DNA from: a bacterium
GTDB lineage: Bacteria; Patescibacteriota; Minisyncoccia; Phycocordibacterales; UBA9973
Direction: 5' to 3'
NCBI GenBank assembly: GCA_037127795.1
Contig: JBAXXQ010000001.1
Location: forward strand, 335,505-399,504
DNA: 64,000 nt
The position numbers were made by a program, and so were the translations under genes. The notes beneath the pieces are model-generated. The model did no database searches, had not been told where the DNA came from, and worked only from the letters and a program-made list of their open reading frames with translations. Each line of letters begins with the position of its first letter. Within the stretch, counting starts at the first letter, position 1. Of the stretch, positions 9,133-19,409 are shown one piece after another.

Positions 9133-9864
9133 ATGGAACAAAAATTATTTCGCAATCCTACAGTGGTAGTTGGTATTATTTTAGGGGTAAGTCTCTTGCT
9201 TGCTGCAGGAGTTGGGGCATGGGTAGTTTTGAAGGTTCGGGACGCAAATGATGTGATATCTGTGACAGGTTCTGCAAAAGTAGATGTTACTGCTGATCAG
9301 GCAAAATGGACTACACAAGTGACTCGTACTGTTCGTGAAAGTGCACTCAAGACAGGCTATGCACAGATCGCAAGTGATACAGAAAAAGTACAAGCATTTT
9401 TTGTTGCACAAGGAATCACTACTGATGAATTTACTATCAATCCAGTTTCTATGATGGAGGTGTATCAGCAAAATGTCTCTGCAGAAAAATTATATACACT
9501 CACGCAATCATACACAGTACAATCTGCTGATGTTGCAAAAATAAAGACTGCTTCAAGTCATATTGCAGATGTGATAAATCAAGGAGTTATTTTTTCTACT
9601 AATGCACTCAATTACAATTACATAAAACTTCCTGATGTTCGCGTAAGTTTACTTGGTGATGCTATCGCAGATGCAAAAGCTCGTGCAAATGAGCTCGCAC
9701 AAAGTTCTGGTAAAAAGGTTGGTACATTGAAGTCTGCTTCAAGTGGGGTAGTACAAGTACAGTCTCGTAATTCAACAGATGTGTCTGATTATGGATCATA
9801 CGATACTTCACAGATAGAAAAACAAGTAACAGTAACAGTAAAAGCAGTATTTGGGCTTAAATAA
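9133..9864 (+). CDS. SIMPL-domain protein (DUF541, YggE-like periplasmic protein)
   Basis: N-terminal TM then SIMPL-like repeats; overall similarity to 26-kDa periplasmic immunogenic protein family. Confidence 0.75.
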   Translation: MEQKLFRNPTVVVGIILGVSLLLAAGVGAWVVLKVRDANDVISVTGSAKVDVTADQAKWTTQVTRTVRESALKTGYAQIASDTEKVQAFFVAQGITTDEFTINPVSMMEVYQQNVSAEKLYTLTQSYTVQSADVAKIKTASSHIADVINQGVIFSTNALNYNYIKLPDVRVSLLGDAIADAKARANELAQSSGKKVGTLKSASSGVVQVQSRNSTDVSDYGSYDTSQIEKQVTVTVKAVFGLK

Positions 9865-9866
9865 CT

Positions 9867-10622
9867 ATGAAGTATTTGGTGTATTGTTTACTAGGAATAT
9901 TGGCTAGTGTGTCTGTAGTATTTGCTGCAGCACCTGCAGATTCTTTTGATATTGTCCCAAGTACGGCATTGCCAGGCGAGACAGTCTCATTGCAAGCACT
10001 TATCTATAACGCAGAAAAATCTGATATTACGTATACGGTAGTATTTTCTACACCAACAAAAGTAATTAGTACACAGCAGACAAGTGTTCCTAGTCTTGGT
10101 GCAAAAACTATTAAAGCAAATTTTGTAATACCAAAGACCGTAGATAGTGTGAGCGCAACTATAAAAAAAGCAGTTACCAAAACAGGTACACATATTACAT
10201 CTCTAGAAAAACCTATCGGTACACTCAGTGTTGGTCCTGCAACAAGTGCACAACTTCCAGGGTTTTTACAATCAGTACAAAAAGTCCCTATGATTGGTGC
10301 GGTGTATACTACGGTAGATAATTTTCGTGCACAGCAAATTGAATACTTCACTGCTATTCGAGATGGTGCAAAAATCCGTATAGGATCTTCTATAGACACA
10401 CTCGCTGGTGGGGTCATTGATAAAGGGCTCAATGCTGCAACAGGATCTACAACGGCTACTACGACAGATGCGAATGCAAATACAGGATCTTTTGTTGATT
10501 ATGCAACATACATCTTTTCTGCTATGCTAGTGCAACTATTTAGCAGTCAACCAATGTTTTATGTAGTACTCGGATTACTTATTATTGTTGTCCTCCGAGC
10601 TATATTTAGAAGAGTATTTTAA
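9867..10622 (+). CDS. Secreted protein with C-terminal membrane anchor, hypothetical
   Basis: Signal peptide, Thr-rich linker, C-terminal TM; directly follows the SIMPL gene. Confidence 0.5.
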   Translation: MKYLVYCLLGILASVSVVFAAAPADSFDIVPSTALPGETVSLQALIYNAEKSDITYTVVFSTPTKVISTQQTSVPSLGAKTIKANFVIPKTVDSVSATIKKAVTKTGTHITSLEKPIGTLSVGPATSAQLPGFLQSVQKVPMIGAVYTTVDNFRAQQIEYFTAIRDGAKIRIGSSIDTLAGGVIDKGLNAATGSTTATTTDANANTGSFVDYATYIFSAMLVQLFSSQPMFYVVLGLLIIVVLRAIFRRVF

Positions 10623-10625
10623 GAT

Positions 10626-11816
10626 ATGAAATTTGTAATAGAGAAAAAAGTTGCAGGAACTCTTGCGCGTGCAGGAAGTATTGAGACACCACACGGTACT
10701 ATACAGACACCTGCATTTGTGACTGTCGGTACAAAAGCGACTGTCAAAGCGCTCACTCCAGAACATATACGAGAATTGCGTGCGCAGGTAGTACTTGCAA
10801 ATACCTATCACCTATATTTACAACCTGGACCAGATATTGTCGCTATGGCAGGAGGTTTTGGAAAATTTATGGGATATTATGGACCTACTATGACAGACTC
10901 TGGAGGATTTCAAGCGTTTTCTCTCGGTGCTGCATATGGTTCATCAGTGAGCAAGGTTGCGACAGGTGAAGCAAAAGGAAATAAGACTGAGATTGAAAAT
11001 TTTAATGGCAAAAAACAAATGGCGCGTATTACTGACGAAGGGGTAGAATTCAGATCATTCCTCGATGGTAGTAAGCATTTTTTTACTCCTGAGCGCTCAA
11101 TGGAAATACAATGGAAACTTGGTGCAGATATGATTTTTGCATTTGATGAATGTACCAGTCCACATGCGGATTTCAATTATCAAAAGCGGGCATTGGCTCG
11201 TACCTATAGCTGGGCTGAGCGTTGTATTGCACGCCACGAAGAGCTCGATACAGAGCACGTACAAGCATTGTTTGGTGTGGTGCAAGGGGGACGCTTCAAA
11301 GAGCTTCGTGAGGAGGCTGCGCGCACTATAGGGGCATTACCGTTTGATGGGTTTGGTATTGGTGGATCATTTAATAAAGAAGATCTTGGTAGTGCGGTAG
11401 GGTGGGTAAATGCTATTTTACCAGAAGAAAAACCTCGCCACTTGCTTGGTATTGGAGAACCACTCGATCTCTTTGATGCAGTAGAGCAGGGGTGTGACCT
11501 CTTTGATTGTATTGCGCCGACGCGTATGGGTCGCCATGGTAGTCTCAATACACAAACCGGGAAAATAAATATTCGTAATAAAAAATTTACTACAGATTTT
11601 TCTCCTATTGAAAAAGATTGTACCTGCTACACCTGTACGCACCATACACGCGCGTATCTTGCACACTTGTTCCGTGCCGATGAAATGCTCGCAGGGACAT
11701 TGGCATCAATTCATAATGTACACTTTTTGCTCAGACTAGTAGAGCGCATGCGCGAAGCGATACTCAATGATACATTTTTGGAATTCAAAAAAGAGTTTAT
11801 TGCAAACTATAGATAA
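10626..11816 (+). CDS. tgt: Queuine tRNA-ribosyltransferase
   Basis: Catalytic DECTSPH region, LFGVVQGG motif, CxCxxC...H zinc site (CTCYTCTHH). Confidence 0.95.
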   Translation: MKFVIEKKVAGTLARAGSIETPHGTIQTPAFVTVGTKATVKALTPEHIRELRAQVVLANTYHLYLQPGPDIVAMAGGFGKFMGYYGPTMTDSGGFQAFSLGAAYGSSVSKVATGEAKGNKTEIENFNGKKQMARITDEGVEFRSFLDGSKHFFTPERSMEIQWKLGADMIFAFDECTSPHADFNYQKRALARTYSWAERCIARHEELDTEHVQALFGVVQGGRFKELREEAARTIGALPFDGFGIGGSFNKEDLGSAVGWVNAILPEEKPRHLLGIGEPLDLFDAVEQGCDLFDCIAPTRMGRHGSLNTQTGKINIRNKKFTTDFSPIEKDCTCYTCTHHTRAYLAHLFRADEMLAGTLASIHNVHFLLRLVERMREAILNDTFLEFKKEFIANYR

Positions 11817-12869
11817 TTACTCAATAGTTCTTTCTATTGTTGCGTCGATAAGGATAGGGTCGATTTCGTTGGTGGTGCCGGTAATACGGAGTACGTCTTT
11901 GTCTACCTTGCGAAGCTCTTTTGATGCGGTGTTGTAGTGGTTTACGACAGTTGAGAGGGTGGTCCCGATTTTGTTGTGATACTCTTCGTGCGCTTTCAAA
12001 TGTTTACCAAGCTCTTCGACGCGTTTCTTTATCTCTTTTGCACTTTCTTCTATTTGTAATGCTTTGAGTCCTTGAAGTACTGTTTGTAAATATGCGAGGA
12101 ATGAAGTAGGAGAAACAATGATTACTTTGTATTTACTTGCGGCGCGCTGGATAAGATTTTCTACTCCTTCACCAGATCCGACAGTCCCTACGAGTAGGTC
12201 ATAATAAATCGCTTCATGAGGGATAAACATAAATGCAAATTCCATAGTGCCATTTTCTGGTTGAATATATTTTGCTGTTTCGACAATACGATTTTTGAGG
12301 TCATTTTCAAATATTTTTGCGAGATCTTTTTTGCGAGCTGGTTCACGCTCTTCTGCCATGCGATTATAATTCTCTAGAGAGAATTTTGAATCGATAGGGA
12401 TTATTTTATCTTTTACAAAAACTACTGCGTCGACAATGTTACCATCAGGAAATGCGTATTGCATTTGATAGCTTGCAGGAGGAAGTACGTTTTTGAGGAG
12501 TGTTTCAAGATAGTATTCGCCGAGGATACCGCGCTGTTTTGGATTTTTCAAAATATCTTGAAGTTGGGCGAGCCCTTCTGCAAAGCCAAGCACTTGCTTG
12601 TTGCCCTCATCGAGACGAGCGAGACGCTCAGTAATATCGCCAATAATTTGTGCGCTTTGATTTGATTGGTGCATCATACTTTCACGCATAGATTTTTCTG
12701 AGTCGCCAAGTTTTTGATCTACGGTCTTTTGAAGCTCTTGCACTTGCTGCATGAGGAGAGAAAAGCCGGTTTGTGCGGTATCTTGTACAGGAGCTTGTTT
12801 TTTGTTAGTTAAAAAATATACGACACCGCCCCCAATGAGTATTCCAAGTATGATAAGTATTGTTTCCAT
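11817..12869 (-). CDS. rmuC: DNA recombination protein RmuC
   Basis: N-terminal TM, long coiled-coil, C-terminal RmuC nuclease-like domain (FMFIPHEAIYYDLL). Confidence 0.85.
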   Translation of the reverse strand: METILIILGILIGGGVVYFLTNKKQAPVQDTAQTGFSLLMQQVQELQKTVDQKLGDSEKSMRESMMHQSNQSAQIIGDITERLARLDEGNKQVLGFAEGLAQLQDILKNPKQRGILGEYYLETLLKNVLPPASYQMQYAFPDGNIVDAVVFVKDKIIPIDSKFSLENYNRMAEEREPARKKDLAKIFENDLKNRIVETAKYIQPENGTMEFAFMFIPHEAIYYDLLVGTVGSGEGVENLIQRAASKYKVIIVSPTSFLAYLQTVLQGLKALQIEESAKEIKKRVEELGKHLKAHEEYHNKIGTTLSTVVNHYNTASKELRKVDKDVLRITGTTNEIDPILIDATIERTIE

Positions 12870-12907
12870 GGGGTATATTGTACTAAAAATACGAGATTTA
12901 ATCTCTA

Positions 12908-12935
12908 TTGACTTTATAGAAAAATAGTATAAAAT
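12908..12935 (+). promoter_or_regulatory. Sigma70-like promoter TTGACT-N16-TAAAAT for the 12975 gene
   Basis: Hexamers and spacing read in sequence; about 40 nt upstream of the ATG. Confidence 0.45.
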
Positions 12936-12974
12936 ATGTAAAAAATTTCCTTACACAAAAAAACAGTAATAATT

Positions 12975-13793
12975 ATGAAAAAGATTCTTTTTGCGACGAT
13001 ATGTTCGCTATGTTTCTTATTTTCTTTTGGAAATATCGTAAAGATAGTTCCAAGTATAGAAAAGGTAAACCTCAATAAATATTATTTTGTTGAGAGGTAT
13101 TATTGCATAGATAGTATGCCATATCTTCTTGATAAGGGTGATACCTTATATGAAGCTGGTGTAGAAAATACTATCTACAAAAAAGTGGTAGATAGTATTA
13201 CTGTATCACAAGAAGCTGTACCATTTTTTGATACATTTCTTCTTAAAAAACTTTATGCAAATCCTGGGGTAAAAATGAAAGTTAATGAAAAGGATACATT
13301 ATTCTTCTCAAATTTCTTTTTGTCTTGGAACAGAAAGCATACCTATTCAGAATTAGTTTTTGATAAAAAGACTAAGCAGGTAAGTATTGATTTCTGTAAT
13401 TCATCAACAGATGATTATTCATTTTTTATCTGTATTGCGTATTTGTTCGGTATTTTTGGATCAGCTATCTTTTTAGTAAAAAGAAAGAATGTTATTGATT
13501 ACCATGAACTTGATAAAATGGGTTGGTTCTGGGAATTCATGGCATTAGGATTTCTCGCTAATATGATACTTTTCTTCATACCTATATTAGTAGCAAGGTA
13601 TTTTGTTCCAAAAGAACTTTCTACTGTGGTAGTGAATAATGGCTTAGGATTTTTTGTTCTTATTTTTACAGGGCTTGGTATATTTTTGGCATTTTATATA
13701 AAATACTGTGCTTTGGAAAAAGTTGGTAAATTAGACAAAAATCCGGAAGAATCTGTAAAAGAAAAAAACTATGGCAGTGGTGCTGCTTGGTAA
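12975..13793 (+). CDS. Hypothetical integral membrane protein
   Basis: Signal/TM segments; no family recognised. Confidence 0.5.
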   Translation: MKKILFATICSLCFLFSFGNIVKIVPSIEKVNLNKYYFVERYYCIDSMPYLLDKGDTLYEAGVENTIYKKVVDSITVSQEAVPFFDTFLLKKLYANPGVKMKVNEKDTLFFSNFFLSWNRKHTYSELVFDKKTKQVSIDFCNSSTDDYSFFICIAYLFGIFGSAIFLVKRKNVIDYHELDKMGWFWEFMALGFLANMILFFIPILVARYFVPKELSTVVVNNGLGFFVLIFTGLGIFLAFYIKYCALEKVGKLDKNPEESVKEKNYGSGAAW

Positions 13794-13794
13794 A

Positions 13795-13833
13795 CAAAAA
13801 AGCGGTTTGTTGTAAACAACAAACCGCTTTTCT
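13795..13833. terminator. Bidirectional terminator AGCGGTTTGTTG-TAAA-CAACAAACCGCT with A/T flanks
   Basis: Perfect 12-bp stem between convergent genes. Confidence 0.7.
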
Positions 13834-14600
13834 TATGCCTTGAGATAATATTCGAGTGTATAAATCCAGTCTTCGTCATCTGGATTATTTTTTTTCTTTT
13901 CATCAAGGAGCCATTGAAAATATCCTTTATCGCTTGCAACATCAACAACCTTTTGATCACGATATTTTCCAAAGCCAAACTTACTCATAAGTGATGGGCG
14001 ACTAGATACTTCAAGCATTTCTTGTAATGCAGCTTTTTCATCACCATTGTGTCGATCAATAAACTTTTTTTCTAAACGGGGGAATAATGCTTCGAGGACG
14101 AGTACATCGCCGAGCGCATCGTGCGCTGTTGCTTCTATATCTATATCGAGTTTGTATCGCAAATATTGGAGCTTGTATTGAGGGAGTGCGTTTTCTGTGT
14201 CGAGAAATCGTGCCAGGCGAAGCGTACAAATAAAATGACTTGGGACGATATCTTCTTTGGCGAGCATACCAAGATCAAATTTTGCATTGTGTGCTATTGC
14301 GATAGAGTCTGGATCTTCAAAAAGTGCTTTTATATCTCTATAGCATGGCGCACTTTTGAATTCAGGCATATCTGCAACATGTTTGTTGGTGATATGGGTG
14401 ATAGCACTTGCTTCTGGGGGGATAGGAATGAGTGGTTTGAATAATTCACAAAAAGTCTCTGATTCAGCAGAATCATGTCGCGCAGTGTCCATTGAAGCGC
14501 GACTGGTCTTGTATGCGAGCTGGCAAATATAATCTCCAGGGGTATTGCCAGTGGTTTCTGTATCAAAAAAAATCTTTTTCATATAGTATAAGTGTATCAC
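13833..14600 (-). CDS. DnaQ-like 3'-5' exonuclease (DEDDh) with C-terminal DUF3820-like domain (ExoX-like)
   Basis: Exo I FFDTETTG, Exo II AHNAKFDLGML, Exo III HDALGDV; C-terminal FGKYRDQKVVDV...YFQWLL. Confidence 0.8.
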   Translation of the reverse strand: MIHLYYMKKIFFDTETTGNTPGDYICQLAYKTSRASMDTARHDSAESETFCELFKPLIPIPPEASAITHITNKHVADMPEFKSAPCYRDIKALFEDPDSIAIAHNAKFDLGMLAKEDIVPSHFICTLRLARFLDTENALPQYKLQYLRYKLDIDIEATAHDALGDVLVLEALFPRLEKKFIDRHNGDEKAALQEMLEVSSRPSLMSKFGFGKYRDQKVVDVASDKGYFQWLLDEKKKNNPDDEDWIYTLEYYLKA

Positions 14601-14667
14601 AGTATATAGAGGTACTTTTATTTGACAAAATAATATATTTTGGTATTATAATAAAAAAATATTTTTT

Positions 14668-14994
14668 ATGAATAAACAATATATTGTTTTTTGTTTCCAC
14701 AATATCATTAAAGAATTCGATACGAGCGTCATTCTTATTACAGACAATCTTGTACAAGCGGTAGATACAGTGCAAAGGGTTGAAAAGCTCGGGTACGACT
14801 TGGTCAAAGCAGAATCATATGCTGCTGTTGCAGAGATGGTTCCAGGGAAAGTGTATACCAAAAAAGAGTGGGATAATTTGTCTACTGGTCCCAAAGTGTG
14901 CACATATCACTATTTTGGAGGCAACTTACGACTTAAATGGCATTGCATCAAAACACATGAAGAATATCTTCAAAAGACTAATTCTGAAAAATAA
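14668..14994 (+). CDS. Hypothetical protein (108 aa)
   Basis: ORF followed by a terminator; no domain recognised. Confidence 0.4.
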   Translation: MNKQYIVFCFHNIIKEFDTSVILITDNLVQAVDTVQRVEKLGYDLVKAESYAAVAEMVPGKVYTKKEWDNLSTGPKVCTYHYFGGNLRLKWHCIKTHEEYLQKTNSEK

Positions 14995-15002
14995 ACTAAT
15001 TA

Positions 15003-15031
15003 ATGCAGAGGGTAAAATCCTCTGCATTTTT
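15003..15031 (+). terminator. Hairpin GCAGAGG-gtaaaat-CCTCTGC followed by TTTTTG
   Basis: Inverted repeat plus T-run. Confidence 0.65.
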
Positions 15032-15062
15032 GTATATAGACTAAAATGCTATACTCATATAT

Positions 15063-15524
15063 ATGATATCCACAGAAATACGAGAACAATTGAAACAAGC
15101 AATGCGAGACAAAGACCAAGCAACTCTCGACGCACTTCGCGGTGTGATGAGTGCGTTTACCAATGAATTGGTTTCTTCTGGAAAAACTCCTCAAGATGAA
15201 GTGACCGATGATATAGCACTCAAGGTAATACTCCGTACTATCAAGCAACGTCGCGACGCTATAGAGCAATTTGAAAAAGCAGGACGCACAGATCTCGCAG
15301 ATGCAGACAAATTGCAACTTGCAGTACTAGAAAAATTTCAACCAGCACAAATGAGTGAAGCGGATATTACCACTATCGCTACTGCAAAAAAGCTCGAGCT
15401 CAATGTCACTGATAGTGCAAAGATAGGTATTCTCGTAGGTGCTGTTATGAAAGAAATTACTGCACGTGGTGAGAGTGCTGATGGTGCTGTGGTAAAAAAA
15501 GTTATCGAACAATTATTTATCTGA
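15063..15524 (+). CDS. GatB/YqeY domain protein
   Basis: Full-length similarity to the YqeY family (IREQLKQAMRDKD...LEKFQP). Confidence 0.85.
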   Translation: MISTEIREQLKQAMRDKDQATLDALRGVMSAFTNELVSSGKTPQDEVTDDIALKVILRTIKQRRDAIEQFEKAGRTDLADADKLQLAVLEKFQPAQMSEADITTIATAKKLELNVTDSAKIGILVGAVMKEITARGESADGAVVKKVIEQLFI

Positions 15525-15537
15525 TATAATACAAATT

Positions 15538-15870
15538 ATGATTTTACTTAGATGGTTTATTACAACGCTCGCAATATTCGCTCTTCCGTATTTTGTTACT
15601 GGTATCTCTGTAGGTAGTGTGCTCACTGCGGTGATTGTCGCTGCGACGCTCGCATTCCTCAATATGGTAGTGAGACCTATCATTGTGATACTCACATTGC
15701 CACTCAATATTCTCACGCTTGGACTTTTTTCTCTTATTATAAATGGTGCATTCTTTTGGTTTGTCGGACAAATCATCAAAGGCTTTACTGTAAATTCTTT
15801 TATGAGTGCGGTGATTGGTGCACTGGTGATATCTGTTATCAACTGGATCGTTAGTAAGTTTATTGATTAA
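15538..15870 (+). CDS. Phage_holin_4_2-family small membrane protein
   Basis: Four TM segments with VVRPIIVILTLPLNILTLGLF core typical of the PF04020 family. Confidence 0.7.
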   Translation: MILLRWFITTLAIFALPYFVTGISVGSVLTAVIVAATLAFLNMVVRPIIVILTLPLNILTLGLFSLIINGAFFWFVGQIIKGFTVNSFMSAVIGALVISVINWIVSKFID

Positions 15871-15873
15871 TTT

Positions 15874-16932
15874 ATGATATATACAGACACACAGCTCTCT
15901 CTATTTCGAGAGGAATTTTGGAATTATATAGAACAAGGGGATACTATTGTCATTACTGCGCATATTTCACCAGATGATGATTCTATCGGCTCAGTACTCG
16001 CGACATACACTATACTCACTGCAAAATATCCACAAAAAAATATTTCTATTATCTACACTGCAGAAAAATTGGAGAAATATACTATTTTTCATAATTTCGA
16101 TAAGATAGTTTTTGTTTCTGATATTAGTGAACACCTTGCAGGAGTAGATACACTTATCACACTCGACGTGTGCGGCTTTGCTCGTGTATCAAAAAATCCA
16201 GAAGTACTTCGTAGTGTACCAGTGCGTCTTTGTATAGATCACCATGGCTCAATGCCAGATGATTTTACGTGTGGGCTTATTGTACCAGCATATTCTTCAA
16301 ATTCTGAGCTTGTATATACTGCACTCGAAGGAGAAAAATATTTGGATAAAAATCTTGCAGAAATAGTAATGCTCGGTATTCTCGGCGATACAGGCAATCT
16401 CACTCATATAGACGCAGGGCAGACGCAAGTATTTAGTATTGTAAAAAAACTTGTTGAAGTGGGAGATATTCGTATTGATAGTTTTCTTTCTCGCTATCGT
16501 ACTATTCCAAAAAACATCGTGCCGCTTTTGCAAGAATTTGTAAAAAATACTACCTATGCAAATATAGAAAATTGGCCAAGTCTACAATATAGTTTTGTTA
16601 ATAGGGACTTTATGGAAAAAAATAATTTCTCAGATGAAGATATGTCTGCTGCAAGTCATATCTATATGGGGCAATATTTACCACGAATAGAAAATCAGCA
16701 ATGGGGATTTGTGTTTTCTCCGCGCAATGATGGTGGAGTCCGTATGTCTAGTCGCTCGCTTAGTGGCAGTGTAAATGTACGAGTGTTTAGTGAAGCGCTC
16801 GGTATTGGTGGCGGGCACGATAGAGCAAGTGGTGCAAACTTCAAACCAGAAAATGATGAAAAAATACAAGTCGCTCCATGTATCGAAAAAGTCTTGGAAT
16901 TTATGAAAACTACCACGCCAACAATAGGATAG
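15874..16932 (+). CDS. nrnA: DHH/DHHA1 phosphoesterase (NrnA-like oligoribonuclease/pAp phosphatase)
   Basis: ITAHISPDDDSIGS and CIDHH motifs; C-terminal GGGH of DHHA1. Confidence 0.8.
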   Translation: MIYTDTQLSLFREEFWNYIEQGDTIVITAHISPDDDSIGSVLATYTILTAKYPQKNISIIYTAEKLEKYTIFHNFDKIVFVSDISEHLAGVDTLITLDVCGFARVSKNPEVLRSVPVRLCIDHHGSMPDDFTCGLIVPAYSSNSELVYTALEGEKYLDKNLAEIVMLGILGDTGNLTHIDAGQTQVFSIVKKLVEVGDIRIDSFLSRYRTIPKNIVPLLQEFVKNTTYANIENWPSLQYSFVNRDFMEKNNFSDEDMSAASHIYMGQYLPRIENQQWGFVFSPRNDGGVRMSSRSLSGSVNVRVFSEALGIGGGHDRASGANFKPENDEKIQVAPCIEKVLEFMKTTTPTIG

Positions 16933-16973
16933 AAAAAATACCCTTACTTATTAATAAAGTAAGGGTATTTTGA
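16933..16973. terminator. Bidirectional terminator ATACCCTTACTT-attaata-AAGTAAGGGTAT
   Basis: Perfect 12-bp stem with A/T flanks between convergent genes. Confidence 0.7.
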
Positions 16974-16987
16974 TAAAAGAATAATAG

Positions 16988-18319
16988 TTAAATAGAGTAT
17001 ACAGAAAGTCTTTCTGCGAGGAACGGCAATTCTAAAAATAAATCAAATATTTCATTAGCAGAAAATAGATTTTTTTCTATAAGATATAGCATTTCGCCAT
17101 TATAAAGAGTGTACTCGTTTTTTTTAAACGATTCGATAAGGAAAGGCCTTAAGACTTCTTTTCTTATAATTTCTTTTTCAATAAAAAATAACAATAGAGA
17201 AGTTTGTGATTTTGAGAGTATATCGAACAATTCTTTTTCAGAATATTTTTTCCAATTTATTTTTTGATATAAAAAGAAAAAAGAATCTGGCTCTTGATCG
17301 GCGGAACATATTGTCGGAGCAACTTTAAAAGCGTCTTCTTCTGAAAGTTTTTTAAGAAGCTCCCAGACATCATATGAACAATCATGCCAAAAATTAGAGG
17401 TGTTAATTCGGAAACATATTTCTAATTTTTGCTGATCATTTAATTCTTCATCAAGAAAATCTTCCCAAATACCATTAGAGTTACCATTCCAAAGATTTTC
17501 ATTTTTTAAAACTTCCTCAGTAATAGATATAACCTGGTTTTTGGGAATTTTTTCTGTTCTTATTGCACTTTTCCAAACATTCCAATTTTTTGCGTTTCTT
17601 ACTATTGCCAAGATATCTTCTTTTGAAAGAGTACTATTTTCTATAATAGAAATAGATATATTTTCCGTGTAATTATACTTTTCAAGAATTGAAAATACCT
17701 CAGCCCTGCTTTTTGTTTCAAAAGAAAAAAAATGTTCTAATGTTTCCCAGTTGTGTTGGTTTGCACAAGAATATAAATCTTCCTCAGAAAAATTCTGAAT
17801 AGGGTTTGTGCCAAAAAATTCAAAAATTGTAGAACAATAAACATGTTTTTCATTTTTACACAATTCTTTAGTCTCATTTTTATCAAGATTATTCCATAAA
17901 GCTTTACACTCTTCAATCAAATTTGAAACTACCTGGTCAAATCCAGGAGTATGTTTTATTAGAATATAATAATCATACTTTGCAAATAATGAGATAATTT
18001 TTAGTACCTTAGAGTTTTCATTTTTAAATTTTATCTTAAACTCTTCTTCTAAAAAAGAATCATGTAAGAACTCGGTTGAAAAGCGGGTGTCTTTTATCAA
18101 ATAAAATAATTCGCTTATTTGAATAAGTGAAAAGTTTTTGAGAAAGTTTTTATTTTCTTTGTAAAAATAAAAAACATCACTGAAAAGCTCTTTTGAATTT
18201 TCTCTAGATGATTTTAACCCTGTAATAATTTTTTCAGGATCAAGGCCTCCTTGTTTGATAAGATGCAGAAAAATACTATTGCTAATTTTCATATTTATTT
18301 GTTTTAAGGAACACGACAT
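16988..18319 (-). CDS. Large hypothetical cytoplasmic protein (443 aa), orphan
   Basis: Long uninterrupted ORF; AT-rich; no domain recognised. Confidence 0.5.
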   Translation of the reverse strand: MSCSLKQINMKISNSIFLHLIKQGGLDPEKIITGLKSSRENSKELFSDVFYFYKENKNFLKNFSLIQISELFYLIKDTRFSTEFLHDSFLEEEFKIKFKNENSKVLKIISLFAKYDYYILIKHTPGFDQVVSNLIEECKALWNNLDKNETKELCKNEKHVYCSTIFEFFGTNPIQNFSEEDLYSCANQHNWETLEHFFSFETKSRAEVFSILEKYNYTENISISIIENSTLSKEDILAIVRNAKNWNVWKSAIRTEKIPKNQVISITEEVLKNENLWNGNSNGIWEDFLDEELNDQQKLEICFRINTSNFWHDCSYDVWELLKKLSEEDAFKVAPTICSADQEPDSFFFLYQKINWKKYSEKELFDILSKSQTSLLLFFIEKEIIRKEVLRPFLIESFKKNEYTLYNGEMLYLIEKNLFSANEIFDLFLELPFLAERLSVYSI

Positions 18320-18411
18320 TGTGCCCTATTTGTTTATATATTAGCATATTTTTATATAAAAGTCAAGTACTTATATCTTTTATATAGAAAACCTGGTATA
18401 GTGTATAGATT

Positions 18412-19383
18412 ATGGCATTCTTAGATGAAATTACAATAAAAGCAGTAGCAGGAAAGGGGGGCGATGGTGTCGTTCGTTGGAGACGTGAAAAATTTATCCC
18501 TAAGGGTGGTCCAAGTGGTGGCGATGGAGGTCGCGGCGCAGATGTATATATCCGTGCGGTCCGCAGTCTTCGTGTGCTCGATCAATACCGAGGTAAAAAA
18601 GAATTTTTTGCTGAAAATGGGGGGTCTGGTGATCACAAAAGTCTCACTGGTGCAAATGGAAAAGATTTGCGTATAGATTTTCCTATTGGATCTGTAGTGA
18701 CCAATATTACTACGGGGGTTGTATGGGAGCTTACTAAAGAAGGACAAGAAGTTCGTATTTTGCGTGGAGGGCAAGGTGGCCACGGTAATGAACATTTCAA
18801 AAGTTCTACCAATCAAACACCACAAGAAGCAACACTCGGGAAAGAAGGCGAAAGCTGTGAGCTTCATATAGAAGTTTCTCTTATTGCAGATGTGGGGCTT
18901 CTTGGTTTTCCTAATGCAGGAAAATCTTCTCTTCTCAATGCGCTTACCAATGCAGAAGCAAAAATCGGCGACTACCCATTTACTACTATCGATCCAAACT
19001 TAGGTGATCTCTACGGCTATATCATTGCAGATATTCCAGGTATTATCGAAGGAGCAAGTGCTGGTAAAGGACTTGGGCATACTTTTTTGCGACACATCAC
19101 AAAAACAAAAGTATTGTTGCACCTTGTTTCTTTTGAGCAACAAAATATGATGAAAGCATATGAGACTATTCGTGATGAATTAGGAAAATACAATCCTGCA
19201 CTTTTGGAAAAAGAAGAAATTATTTTGTTAACAAAAACTGATATTGTAGAAGATATGGTGGTGGATGTTATGCGGGCAAAATTTGAAAAGCTTGGTAAAA
19301 AAGTTTTCACTATTACTTTGTTTGACGAAGCAGGGGTAAAAAACTTCAAAGATTCACTCGTACTTTTACTTAAGAATGCATAA
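18412..19383 (+). CDS. obg: GTPase Obg (short form without C-terminal domain)
   Basis: Gly-rich Obg fold [32 protein letters not shown]; G1 [12 protein letters not shown]3 DIPG, G4 TKTD. Confidence 0.9.
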   Translation: MAFLDEITIKAVAGKGGDGVVRWRREKFIPKGGPSGGDGGRGADVYIRAVRSLRVLDQYRGKKEFFAENGGSGDHKSLTGANGKDLRIDFPIGSVVTNITTGVVWELTKEGQEVRILRGGQGGHGNEHFKSSTNQTPQEATLGKEGESCELHIEVSLIADVGLLGFPNAGKSSLLNALTNAEAKIGDYPFTTIDPNLGDLYGYIIADIPGIIEGASAGKGLGHTFLRHITKTKVLLHLVSFEQQNMMKAYETIRDELGKYNPALLEKEEIILLTKTDIVEDMVVDVMRAKFEKLGKKVFTITLFDEAGVKNFKDSLVLLLKNA

Positions 19384-19409
19384 ATAAAAAAATGATATAG
19401 AATAGGTAT

